From Pelagomonas calceolata (taxonomy: Eukaryota), in assembly GCA_918797485.1 (NCBI GenBank), contig CAKKNE010000004.1, forward strand, positions 3,100,001 through 3,164,000: a stretch of DNA of 64,000 bases. The letters run 5' to 3'. The notes below the pieces were generated by a model. The model ran no database searches, was not told the DNA's origin, and worked only from the letters and a program-made list of their open reading frames with translations. This document shows positions 1 to 10,385 of the stretch, piece by piece (position 1 is the stretch's first letter; each line of letters starts with the position of its first letter). The position numbers were made by a program, and so were the translations under genes.

Positions 1-528
1 GACGTCGTGCTGGCGAACCCGCCCTTCGTCGCCGGCGGGTCGTCGCGCTTCGCGGCGGGCGGCGACGACGGTTGCCGCGTTCTGGAGCCGCTGGTGCGGA
101 GCCTGGCGGCGCATGTTGGGAGAGGCGGCTACGCGTGCGTCGTGAGCGAGTTCTACGCCTCGTCGGAGCGGCCCGAGGGCTGGCTGCCGCCGTGCCCCGG
201 CCTCGACGCGCTGCTGGTGCGCGACCCGCGCCAGGCCGAGAACCCGCGGGACTACGCCTCGGGGCGGGGGCTCCCCGCCGACGTCGGCGAGGGCCTGCGG
301 CGGCGGGGCGTCGTCGCCGTCTGCTCCGGCTTGCTGGTCCTGCGGCCCGTGCACGCGCTGCGCGAGACGAAGAGGCTGCTCGACGTCGCCGACGGCGCGG
401 CGGAGTCGGACGCCCTCGCGCTGGAGTCGTTCCTCGAGCGGCCCTCGGCCACGACGCGCGTCTCGCGGGAGGCGATGCGCTTCGTCTGGCGCGACCCCGA
501 CGCCGTCGAGGAGCCGCCGCCGCCCTGA
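1..528 (+). CDS. SAM-dependent methyltransferase (HemK/N6-MTase-like NPPF class), 5'-truncated by window edge
   Basis: Frame open from base 1: DVVLANPPFV (NPPF motif IV) followed by GGDDG-like segment; stop at 526-528. Confidence 0.65.
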   Translation, partial: DVVLANPPFVAGGSSRFAAGGDDGCRVLEPLVRSLAAHVGRGGYACVVSEFYASSERPEGWLPPCPGLDALLVRDPRQAENPRDYASGRGLPADVGEGLRRRGVVAVCSGLLVLRPVHALRETKRLLDVADGAAESDALALESFLERPSATTRVSREAMRFVWRDPDAVEEPPPP

Positions 529-1087
529 TCGATCCTTTTTCCTAATCGAGTGTTTTCCTGTCTACTACTAGCTTCTCGGCCGCTCGCGACGACAATTTAG
601 TAGACTGCTCGCGCTTCTGCACAGGAGACGGTCTTACCTAGGTACAACCTGCCACGACTTAGCGAGCGAGCCGCGACTTACCACAGCCTCCTACACTACT
701 TCCAGCCGGGTCATTGGTGGTAAGTGCGGGTTTTCATCGTCGACCCAAGTCACTTGCCTCCGCCGCAGTCGCGCAAGGAATTAAGCACTACTTGTGACGC
801 TTAGAACAGTTGGACTCGTCGTTGTTATATCCCGACGGCGAAACGACTGCAACGTACGTGACTCGAGGCAAGTCTCACAAGTCGAGAGGAGCGCTCGCAG
901 GCGACCAAATTATATAAACGAGATGGTCCAAAGAAGGCAGAGCTCTTCCGTGATTGGGGTTTCGCGTCTGCCCGTGCCCGGGCCGAGGCTCTGATAGAAG
1001 CATTGCCAGGATCGACGTTTGGCAAGAAGACGCGGGCGCGTGAGTCGTTGTCTCGCGGTCGCCACGAACGTGGTCGTCGGGAGGCAG

Positions 1088-1324
1088 TACACGTTCGAGA
1101 TCCGCGGCCTCGGCCAGGACGCGATGCAGTCCTCCTTCAGCCTCTGGGTGCACGGCCACGTCGTCGTCGCGAGCGCGACCGGCGGTCGGCGGGGTCCCGT
1201 CTCGCTGTCCTTTACGGTCCCCGCGTACAAGGGCCCTCCCGCCCCGACGCCGGCGCCGACCGCGACGACGACGACCGTTACGACGCGGCCCCACTACTTC
1301 GAGGACGACCGAGTCGAGATCTAA
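1088..1324 (+). CDS. Possible terminal exon of a small or degenerate multi-exon gene (YTFEIRGLGQ...HYFEDDRVEI)
   Basis: High-GC3 codons after a CAG acceptor at 1087; three ~48-nt GT..CAG intron-like segments upstream, but no clean full reading frame. Confidence 0.3.
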   Translation, partial: YTFEIRGLGQDAMQSSFSLWVHGHVVVASATGGRRGPVSLSFTVPAYKGPPAPTPAPTATTTTVTTRPHYFEDDRVEI

Positions 1325-1339
1325 GAACCAAGCTCCGAA

Positions 1340-1360
1340 CTAGCGCCTGTAAGACACTAG
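1340..1360 (-). promoter_or_regulatory. CTAG bipartite upstream motif
   Basis: CTAGCGCCT-GTAAGACACTAG, ~170 nt before ATG 1530. Confidence 0.6.
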
Positions 1361-1529
1361 CAAGCTCGAGCGCCTCGATAGGACGCGCAAAGCTCGCAGC
1401 TCACACAGCAGCGTGCCGCGTACATGATTTTCATAGCACAAGGACGCGCCCAAGGCAAGCAGAACACGTGAGACGACTCACAACCTCTCCACAGCCACCA
1501 AAGCAAACAGCTCATCTGCGAGAGCAAAC

Positions 1530-3362
1530 ATGGACGAGCCGCAAGACGACAGCGACGAGCACGCGCCCGCCTCGGCATTGATCGCCCTGCCGCCCGACGC
1601 CCTAGCTCGAGTCTGCGCCTACCTCGAGACGCGCGCCGCGCGCCGGCTCCACGCGTCGGCAAAAGTCTCCGCCCGGGCCCTCGGCAGCGAGGCCTGGGCC
1701 GCGGTCATCAAAACGAACCACGGCGGCCTCAAGCTCCGGCCCAAGGAGTTGGAAGGAGCCAAGGCCCACGCGGCCCTCCAAACGCTCCACCGCCGCGCGC
1801 GGTCGGCGCGCATGCGGTCCGACGTCCGGCGGCACACGAACCCCAGCGCGGGCTGGGGCCTGCCGGGCTTCCACGGCCTCGCGACGGACGGCGGCGTCGA
1901 CGAGGGCGACGCGACGTACTGGTGCGACGCGCTCTTCCGGCCCGAGCCGTAGTTTGCTGTGTGGAAATCATATTCTGCTCGATGGCGTGGAGTTTCCAGG
2001 CCATCGACGCGACGTTGTCGCCGTGACCGCGTCGTTTCGATGGCGTGGAGGTTCACGAAAAACCACACAGGTGGCTCGTCTACTCGTCCGCGGTGACGGC
2101 GCGGCCCGTGCTCTGCGCCGCGGCCTACCTGGTGGTCGGGCCCGGGGACGCGACGATAAATGACGACGACGCCCAGGACCGGGCCTGGATGGTCGAGCGC
2201 ATGGAGAAGGCCGGTCTGCTCTTCGACGACGCGGGCCTGGACCACTTGGATAGTGAGCCGCCGGACGTCGTGGCCCAGACCTTCGCCGAGGTGACGCGCG
2301 TCATGGACGACCAGGGCTGGCTCCACGAGTTGGTCAGGGACGTCCACGAGTCCAGGAGGGCGGCGGTAATGGCGCGCGTCCGCCGCAAGCGCGACGAGAT
2401 CCAGAGTAGGCCGCCGGCGCGACGGCCGAAGCCCTTCGCGGGCTGTGAGCTGCAGACGTGCGACGGGGGCAATTTGTTGGTCAACGACCACGTCCGGCAG
2501 CGGTGCTCGCCGGCGCTGACGCCGTGCGCGATCGCGACGGCCGTCGTTATTCGTAGACCGACGAACTACTCGTGCCCCTGCGCCGTCGGCGTCGTGTTCG
2601 CGTGCCGGCGCCACCCCACCACTTCTGACATAGCGCAGAGCTCGCGCCTCGCGCGCGTCTGCCGCGCGTCGGACGCTGCCGCCTCCATCTTGATGGCGCA
2701 GACCGAGGAGACGACGCGCGTCGAGCTGCCCCGGAGTCTGGGCGGCGGCCGCGGCCGCGTCGTCCAGTGGGACCCGAGCGTGGTGGGAGGCAACTCGTAC
2801 CGCGTATTGGTGGACGGGCGGAGCGTGCCGGTGCTGGTAAGGCGGTCCGAGGCGAAGCGGATTACGGGCGGCGACCCCTTCGACCTGCCGGGCTTCGGCG
2901 TCGCGACTTTATCTTACGAGAACGCGGAAGGCCGAGTTTGGGACGTGAAGGCGGGCGCGGCGTGGGCGGCGGCGGACGTCTATCCCCGTGTGAAAATCAA
3001 ATGTCGGGCGATGTTTTCTGGGTCTGCTCGATGGCGTGGAGTTTTCAGGTCACCGACGCGACGTCTTCGCTGCGACGGCGTCGGTTCGATGGCTTGGAGT
3101 TTCACGAAGGTCTCCACGCAATATATCCACACAGGTCTATCCCATCGCGGCGTGGGCCTTCAAGGCGCGGCCCGAGGACGAGCGGCGCATCACGGGCGAG
3201 CACGGCCAGCTCCGCGCGCCGCTCAAGCGCCCTGTGGCCGTGCGCGGCCTCGTCGTGGGCCTCTTACAGGCCGAGGACCGCATGCGCGAGTTCCGCGACG
3301 CGCACCCGGAGCCGAATTTGGATTTGCAGTTCGTGGGCGTCGAGGGGTACGCCTATCCCTGA
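1530..3362 (+). CDS. Hypothetical protein with N-terminal F-box-like motif; exons 1530-1948, 2071-2977, 3135-3362 (may continue into SAM exon)
   Basis: LIALPPDALARVCAYL F-box-like; removing two TIR-bounded GT-AG introns joins three ORFs in frame (RPEP|WLVYSS; AAAD|VYPIAAW). Confidence 0.65.
1949..2070 (+). mobile_element. Introner-type intron (122 nt, degenerate)
   Basis: GTAGTTTG-CTGTGTGG...CCACACAG|GTGGCTCG: TIR plus decayed 8-bp TSD (5/8, all transitions); internal TCGATGGCGTGGAG twice; splicing restores frame. Confidence 0.85.
2978..3134 (+). mobile_element. Introner-type intron (157 nt)
   Basis: Perfect 8-bp TSD GTCTATCC (2978-2985 and 3135-3142); termini CCGTGTGAAAAT / ATATCCACACAG; phase-0 splice restores frame. 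Confidence 0.9.
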
Positions 3363-3564
3363 TAAGTCATTCACCAGTCTTAGACGCCAGTCGTCGACGC
3401 GCCCCCTTCAGAACTTGAAGTCCTCCTGGGACGCGATGGAGATGCGATTGCTGTCGTTGCTCGCCCGCGACGTGCTCCGCGCGATGTTCGTCTCCGCGAG
3501 GGTGTTCCGCGCGACGACGTCCTCGTCCAAATCGACGGTCTCCGACCGCGCGCCGGCTGTCGAG

Positions 3565-3988
3565 CGGCGAGCAGTTCCAGCGCGCCATCGGCGCGACGCC
3601 GCCCAAGGCGCCGCCGCCGAAGAACCATGATCGGGGCGCGCCGGAGGCGAAGAAGGCGCCGTCTCCCCCGCCGCCCGAGGCGGTCTCGCCCGGGACGCCG
3701 ACGACGCGCGATTCGTGGTTGGTCGAGCCCCTGCCCGACGTCACGCCGCCGCACAACTCGCCGCCGCCCGTCAGTCGAACCAAGTCCGGCGAGGAGGGTC
3801 TGTTGGAATGGATCGAGGCGAACGGTGCCTCGAAATTCAGGGCCGCGATCCTCGACGTCGCCGGCGACCTCGACGACCTCAAGCACATCACGGAGCCGGA
3901 CTTCGAGGAGCTCGTGCGGGGCATGCCCAAGCTCAAGGCGCGGCGGCTGCGCGCGTCGCTCGTCGAGCTCGGGGCGCGGCTCGCGTGA
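3565..3988 (+). CDS. Exon encoding Pro-rich linker plus SAM (sterile alpha motif)-like domain; probably last exon of the upstream gene
   Basis: LLEWIEANGASKFRAAILDVAGDLDDLKHITEPDFEELVRGMPKLKARRL is SAM-like; candidate intron 3347 (GTACGC) to 3564 (GAG) would join in frame. Confidence 0.5.
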
Positions 3989-4331
3989 GTAGAGGTGCTG
4001 TAGAGTAAGGGAGTATTGATGCTGCTCATCGGACGAGTTGGAATGAAGCGAGGCGCGGCGGCGGCGCATCCCGCACGGACGCTGTGCTCAAAGGAGAGGG
4101 AAGCAAATCAGTTCACAGCCGAGCCGGGCCGTGGCGGCGTACATCGCATTGCCCGACGCGTGCTGGCTTGCCGGCCATCGTCCGCCGCAAGCGCACGGCG
4201 CAAAGGGCTGCCACCGTCAGGCTAGACAGCTTGAAACTTGGGGCAGCCCGTTCATAGCAGCAGACGCTTGCCGCACGCGCGGATAAATCAAGGAGCGGGC
4301 CGCGCACACCCGGCGCAGAACGAGCGCAACG

Positions 4332-7300
4332 ATGCTGCGGCTCGTCGTCCTCGCCGCCTGCGCGGCGGCCGTGCGCGCCGCGTGCGACGCCGACGACATC
4401 AAGGTGAAGAAGCCAGACCTCGGCGACATTATCTACGTGCGAGACGGCCCCGCGGACGACCCCGGCCCGGTCACCGTCAAGTGGGAGGTCACGAACGACG
4501 ATTGTGACTTCGCCACGGTCCAGCTCCAGCTCTGCCCGGGCACGGGCGACGACGACGACTGCGGCGACTTCATCCTCGACCCGACGGACCAGACGGGGGG
4601 CATCAACTACTTCTTCACGTGCAACGACGAGCAGTCCGAGGACGGCGAGTCCTGGGAGTGCGTCGGCAAGGCCGAGATCGTCATCGAGGACCTGTTGGAC
4701 TGCGGGAGCCCGCCCTGCACGGGCCTGCACAAGTTCAAGGTCTGCTCGATGGAGTCGGAGCCGGTCTGCGCCGACTCCGACGTCTTCACGTTACAATTGC
4801 CGGGCGGCACGTGGTTTCCGAGCGCGTCGCCGACGCTTTCACCGACCTTGTCTCCATATCCTACGCCGGTGCCGTCGATTTCCCCACGGCCGTCGCCGGA
4901 GCCGTCGCTCGTGCCCACGGCGGTCCCGTCGTCGATGCCGTCGCCGCAGCCGTCGGTCTCGCCGCACCCGACGCCGGTGCCGTCGTCGCTACCGACGAGC
5001 GCGCCGACGCCCGAGCCGTCGCCCGCGCCGTCGCCGGCGCCGACGTCGGCCCCGACCTCGCGGCCGTCCCCCATGCCGACGCCGCTGCCGTCGCCCGTGC
5101 CCACGGCGGCGCCGTCGCCCTCGCCGACGACGGCCGCGCCCTCGCCCGGGCCCACGTTCATTCCGACGCCCATGCCCTCGACGGCCCAGCCCTCTCCCTG
5201 GCCGACGCCCTACCCATCGCCGGCGCCGACGCCCTGGCCCTCGCCGGCGCCCTCGCCCCTGCCGTCGCCCATTCCCACGCCGATGCCGACGACGGCGGCG
5301 CCCTCGCCCGTGCCCTCGCCGTACCCGACGCCGGAGCCGACGCCGTACCCGTCTGTGTGGAAATCAACCAATGCGTCGGGTGCACAATTCTTCACGAAGT
5401 CATTTCTCGGCGATGACGCTGCCGTGCTGGCTCCGTCGAGCGGTGAGGAACCTGCATCGCCACGCCATCGAGCAGGCGTCGCGTCGATGGCGTGGAGGTC
5501 GACGCGAAGATTCAGCACGGACGTGTCGTAACATTTTGATTTCCACACAGGTACCCGTCGCCGGCGCCCTCGCCCCTGCCGTCGCCCATTCCCACGCCGA
5601 TGCCGACGACGGCGGCGCCCTCGCCCGTGCCCTCGCCGTACCCGACGCCGGAGCCGACGCCGTACCCGTCTGTGTGGAAATCAACCAATCACGCCATCGA
5701 GCAGGCGTCGCGTCGATGACGTGGAGGTCGACGCGAAGATTCAGCACGGACGTGTCGTAACATTTTGATTTCCGCACAGGTACCCGTCGCCGGCGCCCTC
5801 GCCCCTGCCGTCGCCCATTCCCACGCCGGTGCCGACGACGGCCGTGCCCTCGCCCGTGCCCTCGCCGTACCCGACGCCGGAGCCGACGCCGGCGCCGACG
5901 CAAGCCCCGTCGCCCGCGCCCTCGGAGCTGCCGACGCCGGTGCCGACGACGGCCGTGCCCTCGCCGGGGCCCTCTCCTCTACCGACGCCCGTGCCCACGA
6001 CCGCCGTGCCCTCGCCGGCGCCCTCGGAGATGCCGACGCCCGGGCCGACGCGGATGCCGTCGCCCGAGCCCTCCGGGGTGCCGACGTCGAAGCCGTCGGG
6101 CATCCCGACGCCCGGCCCGACGCCCCGCCCGACGCCGAAACCGTCCCCGAGCCCGACGATGGTGCCGGCGCCCGAGCCCACGAAGCCGCCGTCGGGCACG
6201 CCGACGTCGATGCCGACGGTCACGCCCGGCAGCCCGTCGCGGGCCCCCATCTTCCGGCCCACGCCCGTGCCGACGACGCCGCCCTCGCCGGTCCCGACGC
6301 CGAAGCCCACGCCGGCGCCCTCGTTCGGGCCCACGCCGGAGCCGACGACGGCGGTCCCGTCGCCGGTGCCGACGACGGCCGTGCCCTCGCCGGGGCCGAC
6401 GCCCGGCCCGACGCTGATGCCGGTGCCGGCCCCATCCTTACCCCCGACGCCTGCGCCGACCACGGCCGTGCCGACGTCGACGCCGACATTTCACCCGACG
6501 ACTGCGGCGCCGACGCCCGTGCCGACGACCGCGGTGCCGTCTTTCGAGCCGACGCAGCTGCCGTCTATGATCCCGACCCCCGCGCCGACCACGGCCATTC
6601 CGACGTGGACGCCGCAGCCGTCGCTGAGTCCGCAGCCGACGACGGCTGTGCCCTCACCGGCGCCCTCTTTCGAGCCGACGTCGCTGCCGTCCACACCGCC
6701 GTCGCCGATGCCTACCACGGCCGTGCCGACGTGGTCGCCGGCGCCGTCGGTGAGTCCCGTGCCCACGACCGCCGTGCCCTCGCCGCGGCCGTCGTTCGAA
6801 CCGACGTCCGCGCCGACGAGCCAACCGACGGGCCTGCCGACGCCGCGGCCGTCGACCGCCGTGCCGTCTGCGGTGCCGACGACCGTGCCGTCGCCCGTGC
6901 CGACGGCCCTGCCGTACCGCGTCGAGGGCGACCTCACGTTCGGGGGCATCACAGTGGAGGCCGCGCAAGCCGCCGAGCAGGTGTTCATTCACATCGTGGC
7001 CGCGATGACGAACACCTCGGTCTTGGTTTATGACGAAGGCCTTGAGAATGAGCGACCGCGGTCGCCCACGGTCGACATCCGGGCCGCGCCTGCGGTGCGG
7101 CGTTTATTGAGGCGCCGCCTCGAGGCGGGCGACGTCCTGGTCGAGTACATGGTCGAGGTCGCGTCGGAGGACGAGGCGGATGATGTGGTCGCACTCATCA
7201 AGGACCCGGGGGCGACCGCCAAACTCGAAGCGCTGGTGGCAAACCCGCCCGCTGTGGAGGGGGTGGACGACACTGCGGTCAAGGCAATTACGACCTCTAC

Positions 7301-10300
7301 GGTCGGCACCAACGTCACCGCCCTCGTGGATCCGGCCTGGAGGCGCGCCGACCGCGCCGAGGTCCCCGAGGACCTCGTCGCGCCCGCGGCGGGGAAGCGC
7401 GACAAGGTCGGCGGGTCGTCGGCGGGCCTCGTCTTCGTGCTCTGCTTCGTCCTCGTCCTCCTCTCGGTCTGCCTCTACTTCGCGTGGCCCAAGATCTGCC
7501 GCGAGGACGAGGAGGAGATTTGTGAAGAGGCGAACGGCGAGGAGCTCAAACTGAAACACGCGCTCCAGGACGCCGACGACGAGATCCTCGAGGCGGGCGA
7601 GTCGCACGCGCTCCACGCGAAGCTCGAGAAGAAACCTGTCAAGAAGAAGCCGCCCAAGACGGTCAAGACGCGCGTGCCGCCGGGGACGGCGCCCGGCACG
7701 ACGCTCGAGGCGACGCTGTCGGACGGGCGCAAGGCCCACATCGCCGTGCCGCTCGACGCCAAGGCCGGCGACGCGTTGACAGTGGAGGTGCCCGAGCCCG
7801 AGGAAGTACAGCCGGAGCCGCCTTTACCGTGCCTCGTGACGCCGGAGCCGCCGCCGCCGGACGTAGACCACGTGGCGGTCGAGATCCCGGCGGGCGCCGA
7901 ACCGGGGTCCGTCGTCGAGGTGGCGCATGCTGACGGGCGGACGGTCGACGTCGTCGTGCCCGACGACGCGCGGCCGGGCGAGACGCTCTTCGTGCCCGTC
8001 GACAAGAAGGCGCCGCCTCCACAAATCGCGGAGAAGGCCGACGAGAAGGAGCAGGCCGCCGAGGTGGACAAGATGCTCGACGAAGGCCAGGACGAGGATA
8101 TAGAGCACCGCGAGCTCACGGTGCCGGCTGGCGCCAGGGGCGGGGACCGGGTGCAGGTGGCGCATCCCGACGGCGGCGCGATGGACGTGGTCCTGCCGCA
8201 CGACGCGACGCCCGGCGAGACGCTGCTCGTGCCCGTGCCGGCCGCGGCCGCGCCGCCGCCGGCGCCGGCCCCGTCACTCGCTGCTCTCGACGAGGACGAC
8301 GCCGCCGTCAACGAAGCTCTACTCGCGGCCAAGGTCCAGGCGCGGCCCTCGTCGCCGACGCCGGCCCTGCAGGTCGACGCGACCGTGCCGGCGTCGCCGC
8401 CGCGCCCGACCGCTCCAGAAAAACGGACGCCGCCGCCGTCGCCGTCGGTCGCCGAGCGCGCCGCAGCTTTACAAGCCAACAGCGCCTACCCGGGCGGGGC
8501 GTCGCTGCCGCCGTCGCCCTACCCCGAGACCAAGAGCGCCGCGGAGCCCAAGGGCGCGCCGGAGGAGAAGAGCACGGCGCCGCCGGCGCCGGCCGGCGCG
8601 CCGGAGAGCAAGTCCGTCGCGCCCGCGGCCGCATCATCAAAGGCCGCTCCCGTGGCGAAGGCCGCGCCAGCGAAATCGGCCGCCAAGGCGACGCCCAAGC
8701 CCAAGCCCAAGGCCGTCTCGGCGCTCAAGCAGGGCGTCAAGGGCGCGTCGTCGCCCGCGCTCCAGGAGCGGCTGAGCAAGCTCAAGGCGGCGGGCACGCC
8801 CGCGGCCGCCCCCGCGGCCAAGAAGACGAGCCTCCAGACGAAGCTCTCGGCGCTCGGTGCGGCCGGTGCGTCGAGCGCCGGCGCGGCGGCGGCGAGCAAG
8901 GCCGCCGCGCCGAAAGCCAAACCGAAAGCCAAACCGGCGAGCAAAGCGCCTGCGGCCGCGCCGGAGCGCAAGACCACGGCCCCGGCCGGCGCGCCGGAGA
9001 GCAAGGCCACCGCGCCCGCGGCGAAGGCGAAGGCGACGCCCGCCCCCAAGCCCAAGGCCGTCTCGGCGCTCAAGCAGGGCGGCGCCGCGGGGGCGTCGTC
9101 GTCGCCCGCGCTCCAGGAGCGGCTACAGAAGCTCAAAAAGGCCGGCGCCCCCGCGGCGGAAGGCGAGGCCCCGGCCAAGAAGGCGCCGGATCCGCTCCAG
9201 GAGCGGCTCAAGAAGCTCGAGGCGACCGGCGCCAAGGGCAAGGGGCTCAGAAAGACAGCGCCGCCGGCGAAGGCCGCCGCGCCGGCGCCCGCGGCCGCCC
9301 CCGACCTCGAGCATCCCGATTGGCTCAAAAAGCTCGGCTCCGAAGGCGAGCTTTTTCATCAAACAGGCGCGCCCGCGCCTGCGCCCGCGCCGCCGGAGGA
9401 GCCCCGCGCGAGCGAGCCGCCCGCGCCGCCGCCCGCGCCGGCTCCCGCGGCCGACGGCGAGCCCCTAGCCCAGTGGCAAAGAAACCTCCAGTCCGAAGGC
9501 GAGCTTTTTCACGACCCGAACGCGCCGCCGAGCACGCCGCCGCGGCCGGCCGCGCCGCCGGCGCCGCTCGGGTCGCCGCAGCGGCCCATCGTCGGGTCGC
9601 CCTCGGGCGGCATCTGGCCCCACAAGCGCACGATGAAGGTGACGGTCCCCGCGGGCGCGGCGCCGAACAAAATGCTGCAGGCCACCTCGCCGACCGGCGA
9701 GCGCGTGGCCTTCTTCCCCCCGGCCGGCGCCGGCGGCCGCGACGTCTACCTGCCCTTGGACGACGCGACGGCGGGGCCCGCGCCGCCGCCCGTCGCCGCG
9801 CCGATACCGGCGCCCGGTGGCCAGCTGACGTGGGACGAGGCCGACGCCGCGACCGTGGCGCCGCCTGCGCCTACGCAGCCATCCGCCGCGCCGCCGCAGC
9901 CGCAGCCCGCGGCGACCGCGGCTCCCGGAATGATAGAGATTCAGGTGCCCGAGGGCGCTGTGCCCGGCGCGACGCTCGAGTTCCAGCTGGACGACGGCAG
10001 GACCCTCGACGTGACGGTGCCCGAGGGCGCCCGCGCGGGCGACCGCCTGCAGGTGCCCACGGACGCCGCGGACGCGCCGCCGCCGCCGCCCGCGGTGCCG
10101 CGACAAACCGGCACCGCGGAAAGCATCGAGATACAGGTCCCCGAGGGCGCGGTGCCCGGGTCGACGCTCGAGTTTACGCTTGATGACGGCCGGACCATCG
10201 ACATCACGGTGCCCGAGGGCGCCCGCGCGGGCGACCGCCTGGAGGTGCCGGTCCCTCCCCTCTCGCCCTCCGCGGGCCCCGACGGCGACGCGGCCGACTG

Positions 10301-10346
10301 GGACGAGGGGCCCGACGACCTCGACGAGATCGAGGAGATGGAGTAG
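4332..10346 (+). CDS. Large (~1896 aa) type I membrane mucin/extensin-like protein; exons 4332-5344, 5551-5661, 5780-10346
   Basis: Signal peptide [16 protein letters not shown], Cys-rich N-domain, long PT/PS-rich stalk, TM helix [21 protein letters not shown], cytoplasmic repeats VPEGAxPGx[16 protein letters not shown]; both phase-2 introns splice in frame. Confidence 0.85.
5345..5550 (+). mobile_element. Introner element, intact young copy (206 nt intron)
   Basis: Perfect TSD GTACCCGT, perfect 15-bp TIR CTGTGTGGAAATCAA/TTGATTTCCACACAG, internal 11-bp-stem hairpin CACGCCATCGA-N12-TCGATGGCGTG (5461-5494). Confidence 0.95.
5662..5779 (+). mobile_element. Introner element, internally deleted duplicate (118 nt intron)
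   Basis: Same TSD GTACCCGT and TIRs as 5345-5550; lacks the 88 nt corresponding to 5373-5460. Confidence 0.95.
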
Positions 10347-10385
10347 TCTTGCTTCCCCTTGAGTAATATTACGAAGTCACAACAA

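Noticed and set aside
4820..6910. Dense short direct repeats that could be mistaken for a CRISPR array or satellite
   Set aside because: They encode the Pro/Thr/Ser stalk in frame; no fixed repeat-spacer structure and no cas genes
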